64,000 bases of DNA from a virus. Taxonomy: Duplodnaviria; Heunggongvirae; Uroviricota; Caudoviricetes. Shown piece by piece: positions 25,104 to 33,646 of the stretch (the first letter of the stretch is position 1; every line of letters begins with the position of its first letter). Both the position numbers and the translations under genes were made by a program. The stretch lies in the IMG/VR virus record IMGVR_UViG_3300038393_001148; one strand, written 5' to 3'. Under the pieces are notes generated by a model. It searched no databases, had not been told where the DNA came from, and worked only from the letters and a program-made list of their open reading frames with translations.

Positions 25104-25652
25104 ATGCTAAGAATCGGAAATCTCCGTAATAAGTACCAGAAGCGCTTGATTCGTCCGCTGTATGCGCAGACGCAGGCTACGCCCTATGCAGCAGTGCTCG
25201 ATGATTCGCTGAAGGACGCCACAGGCTCCTTTGTCTTCACCGCCAACTCCTTCAAGTACAAGAACGGTCTCGTTCCCGGTACTGTGATGGTTAACCGTGG
25301 AGATAAGGTTACTGTTGCCACTGGTGCTAACCCAGCTTCCGCTGGAGCAGGACCGCTGGCCTTTGGTCTCCTCGCCAACTTCGTTGGTGGAGAACTAAAT
25401 GATCTTGGAGACGAGAATTACGTAGGAGTTTGGCGTGGTCCTGACTCGGTGTACGAGATTCTTGCTCCCGGCTTTGACGACACCGGCCTCTCAGCAGCTT
25501 GGGACGCCTCAACTCAGGGCCTCTCTGTTCCGCTGTACGCAGGAACAGACGGACGCCTCGGCTACAACGCTTCTCCTGGTAACCGCCAGGTCGTTGCTTA
25601 CCTAATCGAGCGCCCATCAGCTTCCCGAATCGTAGTTGACCTAAAGGTATAA
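25104..25652 (+). CDS. Head decoration-like or minor capsid protein (182 aa)
   Basis: It lies between the scaffold and capsid genes, as in the lambda-type order C/Nu3–D–E, and is Gly/Ala-rich. Confidence 0.4.
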   Translation: MLRIGNLRNKYQKRLIRPLYAQTQATPYAAVLDDSLKDATGSFVFTANSFKYKNGLVPGTVMVNRGDKVTVATGANPASAGAGPLAFGLLANFVGGELNDLGDENYVGVWRGPDSVYEILAPGFDDTGLSAAWDASTQGLSVPLYAGTDGRLGYNASPGNRQVVAYLIERPSASRIVVDLKV

Positions 25653-25659
25653 GGTAAAT

Positions 25660-26742
25660 ATGTCTGATTTTGCATTCAGAGGACGCCAGGCAGTTGCCTC
25701 ATCCGACTACGAGGAGAAGCTTAAGGACCTTCCGAAGCTGACGAAGCAGGCGAAGGCTAAGGCGTTGGAGTCGATCCTCGCCGACAAGAAGAACGCCATG
25801 CAGCGCATCGGTCAGGGAATGATCGGTCCTATCCAGATCCGTCTTCGTTACGAGGGAATCGTACGTAACGTTCTGGTCGAGGACACGCTAGAGCGTGGTC
25901 CGCTCATGCCGTATGACATCCTGGACGATCTTGGCCGCGCGTACGTGCTCAACAGCACGGACTCTGAGGTTAAGATTACTCCGTTCGAAGGCAAGCAGGC
26001 CTTCCCGCAGCTATTCCGCATCGCTTCGTTCCCACGAATCCGTAAGGAAGATCTGTACTACCTGCGTGTCAACGCTGTGGAGTACGCACAGGACGAAACC
26101 CGCCAGGCCATCCAGAAGCAGGAGGACGCTCGTCTTATTGTCCTTCTGGAGAACGCGATCACCGACCTTGGAGCAGTCCGAGGCAACGTCGCCGGAATTT
26201 CCAACACCATTGGTGCTGGACAGACCGGTGGTGTCGCAACCGGAATCGCGGCTGGTCCTGCTGGCGCGGTCAACGAGCAGACGGTGCTCATCGGTGCAGG
26301 TAATGCACTAGAGCCGGGCGACTTCTACAACGCGGTCACCCAGATCGAGATCAACCAGCTAGAGGCTTCGCGCGTCCTTGCCCACCCGGCAGATATCCGC
26401 GATCTCTACACCTGGGACATCAACGTCACCGGCTTCCGCTTCAAGGACGAGGTATTCGCTGGAGGAAAGATCACCACCTTCGGTGAGTTCCAGATCCAGA
26501 AGTCGATTATTGTTCCGCAGGGAGAAATCTTCCTAACGGCCGATCCTGAGTTCGTCGGCGTCATGCCAGTCATGTACTCGCTGGATGTCGAGGAGAACCA
26601 TCAGGTCGAGCAGTTCTACAAGGGATGGGTCATGGACGAGCTTATCGGCATGCTTGTGCTGAACGCTCGCGGTCTTGCCCGCATCCTGAAGGCTGGCTCA
26701 ACAGCCGTGCCGGGCAAGCTAGATATCACTGGACTGCAATAA
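25660..26742 (+). CDS. Putative major capsid protein (360 aa)
   Basis: The call rests on its position after the scaffold/decoration genes, its size and the strong terminator that follows. Confidence 0.55.
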   Translation: MSDFAFRGRQAVASSDYEEKLKDLPKLTKQAKAKALESILADKKNAMQRIGQGMIGPIQIRLRYEGIVRNVLVEDTLERGPLMPYDILDDLGRAYVLNSTDSEVKITPFEGKQAFPQLFRIASFPRIRKEDLYYLRVNAVEYAQDETRQAIQKQEDARLIVLLENAITDLGAVRGNVAGISNTIGAGQTGGVATGIAAGPAGAVNEQTVLIGAGNALEPGDFYNAVTQIEINQLEASRVLAHPADIRDLYTWDINVTGFRFKDEVFAGGKITTFGEFQIQKSIIVPQGEIFLTADPEFVGVMPVMYSLDVEENHQVEQFYKGWVMDELIGMLVLNARGLARILKAGSTAVPGKLDITGLQ

Positions 26743-26770
26743 GTCCAGCGGTTAAGGGGATAGACAAAGA

Positions 26771-26808
26771 GAAGGCCCGGCAATCCCTTGCCGGGCCTTC
26801 TCTATTTT
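26771..26808 (+). terminator. Strong rho-independent terminator after the capsid gene
   Basis: A 13-bp perfect stem (GAAGGCCCGGCAA / TTGCCGGGCCTTC) with loop TCCC is followed by TCTATTTTG. Confidence 0.7.
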
Positions 26809-27430
26809 GCAGCGAGCTTCCCCGATCCCTCGCTTGGCTGCATTTCCCCGGTAGGGTCTCAACCATTCGCCATCGGGACGAATGGCCGCTGATCGGAGGG
26901 AAATTCCGGGCGCGTCCGCTAAACAAGTTGAGCCCTTACCGTAGCGGGGCTCCGACGCGATTCCCAATCCCAATATAGCACCGCGCGTTTCGCTGCGGGG
27001 ATACCCATGCCCGTTCTATGCGCAATCCAGCGTTTCCCTGCTACCACAGGTACCGCGCGCTACCAGACTTTATCACGGGTGGTTAGGCCGCTGCTCTCGC
27101 TCGCCCAGTCTTACGGCTCTATTGCATAGCTCAGGACTCTAACCTGTGACGATCCTCACACCGTCGCCCAGCGAGAGCTACAGCTACTTTACGCGATGTC
27201 CTGCGGTCTGTCAACCCATGTTATAGACCCTCCAAGATCTCACCTAACGTCACTCCGGCCTAATAGGTATGGGTTCCCGCCCATGTTTGGTCCTATCAAA
27301 CCTCTATACTCTATCAAGGCACGGATCCTAGCAGGATAGTCCTGAAACGTCAAGGGCTAACTTCCGCCATAGCTCCCGCGAGTAAAGGGTAGCGGTAAAG
27401 TCAAGTGCAATATCGACAAGAAGGAGCTAT

Positions 27431-27997
27431 ATGCCACCTGTAAAGAAAAAGCCCGCTGTGAAGCGGAGCACGCAAAAGTACATCAGGAATGTACGTTTTG
27501 TCCACGTAGGTGTTCGTCTAGGAACTGGACGCCGAATCGATCTTCAGCCTCGCGGAGGACGCGGAGATTGCGCACCAGTTAATAAGGACGAGATGAACGA
27601 TGAGATATTTTTAGGGAATTTGGGAATACTCTTTGAAGTAATCACCGAATCCGAAGCTAAGGACGTAATCAGTAAGCAGACTACGAACCAGCAGACCCTT
27701 CATCCAGCACTGAACCAGTTACGAAACGCAAAGGGCGAGGAGTATCAACGAGGAGTTGTTGTCGAAGAGAATTTTGATGATCAAGGTAAGGTGGTTGCAG
27801 CAGTCACCGACCGAGGATCCATTTCTCGTTTTAAGGCTCCTGGCACGGTTGACCAGCCGCTACCAGATGTCCCACAGGATGTCCGTCCGGAAGAGGTCGC
27901 CGACTGGGTAGCGCGACAGAGTAATGTCGAAGGTCCTGAAGCAGGGATTGCAGGACTTAAGGTAACCAAAGAACAACCCCAAACTACCAAGGAGTAA
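27431..27997 (+). CDS. Hypothetical structural protein with a basic N-terminus (188 aa)
   Basis: Track ORF with a GAAGGAG Shine-Dalgarno sequence. Confidence 0.5.
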   Translation: MPPVKKKPAVKRSTQKYIRNVRFVHVGVRLGTGRRIDLQPRGGRGDCAPVNKDEMNDEIFLGNLGILFEVITESEAKDVISKQTTNQQTLHPALNQLRNAKGEEYQRGVVVEENFDDQGKVVAAVTDRGSISRFKAPGTVDQPLPDVPQDVRPEEVADWVARQSNVEGPEAGIAGLKVTKEQPQTTKE

Positions 27998-28005
27998 CTT
28001 ATAGA

Positions 28006-28389
28006 ATGCCCGATCCATGGCTAGAAGGTGAAGACCTTCAAAAGCACGAAGAAGAAGTAGCAAATCATCCGTTGACGCAGGAAGCTCAGGCGTTGAAGGA
28101 TCAGGAGGACGAGCTTCAGAAGCTCCACGAGGAGCGTCAGGAGCAGGCGGCTAACGAGGTTAGTGGCCTACCGGCTGACGGCGTTGACACCTCCAGCATC
28201 CACCCCGCCGAAGACACCGGCTATTCCGAGAACGTGGCTTCCGGAGGCCAGGGAACCTCGGGAGAGGCCACCGCTCCGGAGCCAGCGGGCAACGTAGATT
28301 CCGATCTACCAACGCAGAAGGAATTGTCCGATCAAGACGAAGAGGCTCCCAAGAAGAGGGCCGCAGCAAAGAAGTCAGACTCGAAGTAG
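28006..28389 (+). CDS. Hypothetical acidic protein (127 aa)
   Basis: Track ORF with an AAGGAG Shine-Dalgarno sequence. Confidence 0.5.
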   Translation: MPDPWLEGEDLQKHEEEVANHPLTQEAQALKDQEDELQKLHEERQEQAANEVSGLPADGVDTSSIHPAEDTGYSENVASGGQGTSGEATAPEPAGNVDSDLPTQKELSDQDEEAPKKRAAAKKSDSK

Positions 28390-28414
28390 TTTTTCGTAAA
28401 ACCAGGGTATCGCC

Positions 28415-28448
28415 GAGGGCCGCTAACCAGCGGCCCTCTTTATTTTCT
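28415..28448 (+). terminator. Rho-independent terminator
   Basis: A 10-bp stem (GAGGGCCGCT / AGCGGCCCTC) with loop AACC is followed by TTTATTTTCTG. Confidence 0.65.
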
Positions 28449-28471
28449 GAAAGCTTCTACAGAAAAGATAG

Positions 28472-28816
28472 ATGAGTGTTCAGCCTGTAAGGATCTCTCA
28501 AACGGCGTGGCGAGGAGCGACGTTCAAGAAGCGCTATGCCGTGCTCCAAAGCGATGGCGTCTCGGCGAAGGATCTGAGCAACTACACGGGTCGGTTTGTC
28601 GTCCTCAACGTCATCACCGGAAACATATTGCTGGACGAAACGACGGAGACCGGAGGCGTCACCCTCACCTCGGACGGAGCCGTTGTTATCACCATCGCGG
28701 ACGAGATCACCGAGACCCTGCCCTGGAACGCGGGCGTCTACAAGCTCTTTCTGACCGACGCTAATGGAGATACCGATCTGGTTCTCCACGGGTCGTTCAA
28801 AGTAAAGAAACAGTAG
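28472..28816 (+). CDS. Hypothetical structural protein (114 aa)
   Basis: Track ORF. Confidence 0.5.
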   Translation: MSVQPVRISQTAWRGATFKKRYAVLQSDGVSAKDLSNYTGRFVVLNVITGNILLDETTETGGVTLTSDGAVVITIADEITETLPWNAGVYKLFLTDANGDTDLVLHGSFKVKKQ

Positions 28817-28859
28817 CCCTACAAGAAAAGCTTAGGCTCCCAGTATTTAAAGTCTGAGC

Positions 28860-29057
28860 ATGCTTCCCACCAAGGAAATTCAAGGCCATCCCTCCGTATC
28901 TACTGGGGCGATGGAGATCACAGTCTGTGCCGAATGCGAGCGTCTACGAACCGTTCTGTTTCTTAGCGGAGATAGATGGTTCTGCACGTCTTGCAAGTCA
29001 GCGGGGAACGCGCGACCTACCCAGGTATTCCTAAACAACCCGACCAAACGGAGATAG
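28860..29057 (+). CDS. Small zinc-ribbon protein (CAECERLRTVLFLSGDRWFCTSCKS). Divergent relative of the family.
   Basis: Track ORF of 65 aa. Confidence 0.45.
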   Translation: MLPTKEIQGHPSVSTGAMEITVCAECERLRTVLFLSGDRWFCTSCKSAGNARPTQVFLNNPTKRR

Positions 29058-29063
29058 CCTTCG

Positions 29064-29498
29064 ATGGCTGAAATTTTCCCGGATGAAGGCCTAGACATCA
29101 TCCTCAACATCTTCCCTAAGGGAGGAACAAACCTAACGACGACGTATCTTGGCCTATTTACGTCGTTTACGGCAACAACGGTGGGTTCAGCGTCTCAGAC
29201 CCGCTCATCATACACGGAATCTGACTATGGTGCATATGCCCGTCAGTCCATCGCCGCTGCCTCGTGGGGAGCGATTGCCGCTGGTACCGGTGGTCGTACA
29301 ACTACGGCTGCACAGGTCACCTTCCCAACCGCGACCGGAGCCGGAACAGTTTCCATCAAGGGATTCTTCCTAGCCAACCAGTTGTCGTCAACCGGTGACA
29401 AGTGCATCTTCGCTGCAAACTTTGATGACAACACTGCGGTTTCTATCGCAACAAACGATATCATCAAGGTTACTCCAACAGTTCAGTACAATAACTAA
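29064..29498 (+). CDS. Hypothetical structural protein (144 aa)
   Basis: Track ORF. Confidence 0.5.
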   Translation: MAEIFPDEGLDIILNIFPKGGTNLTTTYLGLFTSFTATTVGSASQTRSSYTESDYGAYARQSIAAASWGAIAAGTGGRTTTAAQVTFPTATGAGTVSIKGFFLANQLSSTGDKCIFAANFDDNTAVSIATNDIIKVTPTVQYNN

Positions 29499-29508
29499 AT
29501 AGGTAGTT

Positions 29509-29931
29509 ATGGCGGATAACCTTTCAGTCACCCCTGGCGGCGGCGCGACGGTTGCCGCCGATGATGTCGGAGGCATCCTGGTCCAGCGCGTCAAGCCCAC
29601 CTGGGGCGTAGACGGTACGGCTAGCGATGTCACCGTGACGACTCCCTTGCCCGTGCGCGAGCCCGTAAAGGGCAATGCGTTAGGGAAGGGCGGGGTCACC
29701 TCCTCTGGCGCTTCTCAGCCGCTAGTTGCGGCCAATACCAACCGCACGGTCGTGGAGGTCGCCAACGGCAGCGTCAGCGGCATTTGGCTCGCTTTTGGTT
29801 CTTCGGCAGTAGCCGGACAGGGCTCTTACTTGCCCTCGAAGGCTACGGGCTACTGGCCCACGACTGCCGCCGTGAACATCATCATGGAGGCATCGGGGAC
29901 TGCTGGTCCTGTCGGATATACCGAATGGTAG
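29509..29931 (+). CDS. Hypothetical structural protein (140 aa)
   Basis: Track ORF. Confidence 0.5.
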   Translation: MADNLSVTPGGGATVAADDVGGILVQRVKPTWGVDGTASDVTVTTPLPVREPVKGNALGKGGVTSSGASQPLVAANTNRTVVEVANGSVSGIWLAFGSSAVAGQGSYLPSKATGYWPTTAAVNIIMEASGTAGPVGYTEW

Positions 29932-32510
29932 GGCGGCGATCCATAAGTGCCATTCTTGTTGCTGGAGCCATCTTCGGTGGCGCATTGGTCGCTGCGTCAG
30001 GCGGGGGAAACGGCGGGGGTAATCCGACTCCCGGAACCTTCAACCTCCGGATTGATCAGAACGGCGGCGCTTGTACTCGTTCGGCTAGCGCCGTCGCTGA
30101 CGGAACAACGCTCGACAATAATTCGTGCAGCAGTCTTCAAACTGCACTAGCAGCGTGCTCGCCGGGTGACACGATTCTGATGAAGAACACCGGGACGCCC
30201 TACGGAGACCAGTCGATCTCCGCAAGTAAGACTTCGCCTGGATGTACGGTCACGGCCGAGAGCGGCGCGAAGGTCGGCAGTATTAGCACTGGCGGTGCTT
30301 GGTACACGATTGATGGGTTGATTGCCGATATCGGCAGCCGCCACGGCACCGGCTGGAACGTCAGCGGCGACCACATCACCATGAAGAATTTCAAACTCTG
30401 GGGTCCGTATGTGTCGGTCGGTGGCGGCGGATCGAACATCACCTGGCAGGGCGGCGAGCACGGCCAGCCCGGCGTCACGCCGGGGAAGCGCCTGTTCGCG
30501 GACACCGCGTGCCCGACAGCCCCCGACAGCGACCCGTTCCTGCTCGATAGCGCGAGCAATTGGGTGATCGACGGCGTGACATTTGGCCCCAACGATGCCG
30601 ACAAGTCGTTCCCCTCATGTAGCCACATGGAGAATATCTGGATCGGACAGAGCGTCAACAACGTCACGATCAAGAACAGCGTTTTCAAAAGCGGCGACCA
30701 GAGCGGCACGTCGCGAATCTTCATCACATGTAGCGGCACCTGCGTCCGCCCGACGAACATCACGATCTTCAACAACTTCTTCGGAACGCAGTCCTCCGGC
30801 TACACGATCCAGGTCCGCGCCGGGTCGGTCGATAACTGCTCGGGCTACCTAGTGGCCTATAACACGTTCCTGGGTGGAGATAACTCACAGTCCACCGCGT
30901 GCGGCTCATCGGGCTATACCTGGGTCGGCAACCTCAGCAACTTCGTCGGTCAGTGCCGTGGAACCTACATTGACAACGTATGGGTGCGTAATACCAACCC
31001 CGGTTGCAGCGCTTCTGACAAGTGGGTGCAGGACTCCAACGTGTGTGTGTCCTGCTCGAACCCTCACACGTCGATGGGCATTGTCAACGACGCAACGGAC
31101 GACCTTCATCTCTTGTCGTCCTCGCCAGCTATCGACTCCGGGGAGTCCACATATTGCGCATCTCTAGGTAATGGTGACATCGATGGTGGAACCCGACCTA
31201 CCGGCACAATCTGTGACGCGGGGGCCGACGAGTTCGGGGCCACGGCACCGTCTCCTAACGACGCCAACCTCTTCGTCAATACAACGGCGGGTGCCTCTCC
31301 GACACGCTGCGCGGTCGCCTGTCCGTATGACTCAACCAAGGCATACGGGTCGCTCAACGCGGCCTACCAGGCAGCCTCTCCAGGCGACAAGATCCGCGTT
31401 CAAGGCGGCACCTACGCCGCTCAGAGCCTTGCCTGGAAGGCCAGCGCCGCCTCACCCGCTGTGGATATTCAGCCGGTTGCGGGAGCCACGGTCAACCTCG
31501 CCAGCCTCAACATCTCGGGTAGCTGGGTGAGCTTTAAAAACTTCGCTCAGCTAGGTGTGGGCGCAAGCGGTCTGACCATCGGTAACAGTGCGGCCAACCT
31601 CAGCACGATCCCGACCGACATCACCGTCGATGGTGGATCGGGCTATTCCGTCGTGGATGGTCAGTCGGCTACGCAGCCGGTCTTCTACTTCCGGGGAGCC
31701 CAGAACGTGACCCTGAAGAAGCTTGATGTTGGCAATTCCAATAACAACTCCTTGGTCATGGGAGATCAGAACCAAAACTACGGCGGATTGACCAACATCG
31801 TCATGGATCAGGTTGTCTTCCATGACGCTCATAAGGATGTTGGCAACCCGACTCACACGGAATGCTTCTTCGCTCAGGGCATTCAAGGTCTCACGTTGAC
31901 CCGTAGCCGGTTCTTCCGCTGCGTCCCGCAAGACCTGTTCATCACCCGAAACAGCACCGGGCCTGGACCGAGCGATCACATCATTGAAAACAACATCTTC
32001 GAAGCCCCGATGACGGCCGGAAATTCCGCCAACTCGGGGGGATACAGCGTTCAGTTCTTCAACCAGTCCCCCGCGATGACCGTCACCAACATGGTCTTCC
32101 GCCACAACGTGATCGAGGGCGGCATCCTCCTAACGGATAACACCCTCTCCTTCCCGGTCTCTGCCGGATCCCCAACCAAGCTCGTCGGCAACATCATCCT
32201 CGGCGACCAGCTTACGGGTACGGGCCAGGGAGGTTGTAGCCAATCGGGCCAGGGCGTCACCTGGAAGAGCAATGTCATGGTCACCGGGTCGTGCTCGGGC
32301 ACCAACCAGACTTACGCTTCTCTGTCGGCTATCCGTGCCTCTCTGACTGGCCCAACCGGAGATATCGCAGGAAACGATAACTACGTTCCGGCCTCTGGCT
32401 CACTGGTAATTGACAAGGGAGACGCTACGGACTTCCCGACAACGGACCTTCTTGGAATCGCACGCTTCCTCGGAGTAGGTCCCGACGCGGGCCCTTACGA
32501 GGCAGGATAA
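29925..32510 (+). CDS. Parallel beta-helix (pectate-lyase-like) protein with a signal-peptide-like N-terminus. Putative polysaccharide depolymerase or fibre.
   Basis: Track ORF 29784..32510. The Met at 29925 overlaps the upstream stop (ATGGTAG). The N-terminus MVGRRSISAILVAGAIFGGALVAASGGGNGG has a positively charged region followed by a hydrophobic region. Repeated N-x-x-I-x-N beta-helix rungs occur, e.g. NVTIKNSVF, NITIFNNFF, HIIENNIFE and NMVFRHNVIEGG. Confidence 0.6.
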   Translation: MVGRRSISAILVAGAIFGGALVAASGGGNGGGNPTPGTFNLRIDQNGGACTRSASAVADGTTLDNNSCSSLQTALAACSPGDTILMKNTGTPYGDQSISASKTSPGCTVTAESGAKVGSISTGGAWYTIDGLIADIGSRHGTGWNVSGDHITMKNFKLWGPYVSVGGGGSNITWQGGEHGQPGVTPGKRLFADTACPTAPDSDPFLLDSASNWVIDGVTFGPNDADKSFPSCSHMENIWIGQSVNNVTIKNSVFKSGDQSGTSRIFITCSGTCVRPTNITIFNNFFGTQSSGYTIQVRAGSVDNCSGYLVAYNTFLGGDNSQSTACGSSGYTWVGNLSNFVGQCRGTYIDNVWVRNTNPGCSASDKWVQDSNVCVSCSNPHTSMGIVNDATDDLHLLSSSPAIDSGESTYCASLGNGDIDGGTRPTGTICDAGADEFGATAPSPNDANLFVNTTAGASPTRCAVACPYDSTKAYGSLNAAYQAASPGDKIRVQGGTYAAQSLAWKASAASPAVDIQPVAGATVNLASLNISGSWVSFKNFAQLGVGASGLTIGNSAANLSTIPTDITVDGGSGYSVVDGQSATQPVFYFRGAQNVTLKKLDVGNSNNNSLVMGDQNQNYGGLTNIVMDQVVFHDAHKDVGNPTHTECFFAQGIQGLTLTRSRFFRCVPQDLFITRNSTGPGPSDHIIENNIFEAPMTAGNSANSGGYSVQFFNQSPAMTVTNMVFRHNVIEGGILLTDNTLSFPVSAGSPTKLVGNIILGDQLTGTGQGGCSQSGQGVTWKSNVMVTGSCSGTNQTYASLSAIRASLTGPTGDIAGNDNYVPASGSLVIDKGDATDFPTTDLLGIARFLGVGPDAGPYEAG

Positions 32511-32512
32511 CA

Positions 32513-33190
32513 ATGGCTACGGTACAGAGAAGAAATAATGGAGCGGCTGCAACATCAACCACTGTTGCAGTAACGATGTTGAGCCCGCTCACAGTTGGTA
32601 ATGTCATTGCTGTGTGGGTTGTCGCTGGTTCTCAGACAGCCACACTAACAGGTGTATCTGCTGGTACAGATACGGTGACTATTCAGGGTACCACGCAGAC
32701 CAACAACTCATTCAGCACGAAAATCTTCCAAGGACACATGGTCGTAGCTACAGCAGGTCAGTCTACGATCACAGCGACATTTGGTGAGACTCATCCTAAC
32801 AACATCATCGTTGTTCACGAGCTTAGTGGTATCAACACTTCATCTCCACTTGTTGGAGCAGCATTTGGTAATTCCACATCTAACCAGACTACGCCTGTAT
32901 CAGCGGGAGTCACACTTGCTTCTGGGACAGCGACGGCTATCTCGATGCTGATTCCAGCCTTCCCGAAGCCAACTATCACAGCGACCTCTCCGTATACGAT
33001 TCAGCACCCGGTTGTAACAGATGGTGTGTATGCCTATGAGTCAGAAGATGCATTCGGCCTAACCCCAGGCACTCTAGCTGCGGCATGGAGTCAGTCCCCG
33101 GCTGCGTTCTATTCTCTTGGATTCCTCGTATTCAAAGAGATCGCAACGAATACCTACAACAAGACCGGTCTAGGAATAATTGGACCTTAA
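32513..33190 (+). CDS. Thr/Ser-rich beta-rich protein (225 aa)
   Basis: Track ORF. Confidence 0.5.
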   Translation: MATVQRRNNGAAATSTTVAVTMLSPLTVGNVIAVWVVAGSQTATLTGVSAGTDTVTIQGTTQTNNSFSTKIFQGHMVVATAGQSTITATFGETHPNNIIVVHELSGINTSSPLVGAAFGNSTSNQTTPVSAGVTLASGTATAISMLIPAFPKPTITATSPYTIQHPVVTDGVYAYESEDAFGLTPGTLAAAWSQSPAAFYSLGFLVFKEIATNTYNKTGLGIIGP

Positions 33191-33202
33191 GGAGAGAGAG
33201 TA

Positions 33203-33646
33203 ATGGCTGATTTTGTTTTCAATATTGCTAAGGGTAAGGTGAAGTATTATACGGAGCTTCCGGCTGCCAATGATGCCCTAATAGTGATCCCTCTAGAGGC
33301 TACGGGTATAGAGGCGGATACAACACTTAAGGACTACGACGATGTTGCTACTCTTCTCGCTGGTACCTCTAACGAGCAGACGACAATGGGGCGTAAGACT
33401 GCGGCCAGTGTTGTCAACACAGTGGACGATACTAATGATCGTCTAGACACAGATATGGCAGACATAACCTGGACGGCAGCAACAGGTAACGCGCTGGCTT
33501 GCATTATTGTTTGTTACGACCCTGATACAACCACCGGTACAGACTCTAGCCTAATCCCGTTGACTAAGCATGACTTTGCACTCACCCCTGATGGTAGCGA
33601 TATCACGGCCGTGATTGCTACAACAGGTTTCTTTAGGGCAACGTAA
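33203..33646 (+). CDS. Hypothetical protein (147 aa)
   Basis: Track ORF with an AAGGAGAGAG Shine-Dalgarno sequence. Confidence 0.5.
   Translation: MADFVFNIAKGKVKYYTELPAANDALIVIPLEATGIEADTTLKDYDDVATLLAGTSNEQTTMGRKTAASVVNTVDDTNDRLDTDMADITWTAATGNALACIIVCYDPDTTTGTDSSLIPLTKHDFALTPDGSDITAVIATTGFFRAT

Noticed and set aside
26625-26978. Track ORFs (26625..26978 +, 26726..26926 -, 26752..26973 -) overlapping the end of the capsid gene and its terminator
   Set aside because: They run straight through a 13-bp perfect terminator hairpin and have no coupling or Shine-Dalgarno sequence. I judge them spurious.
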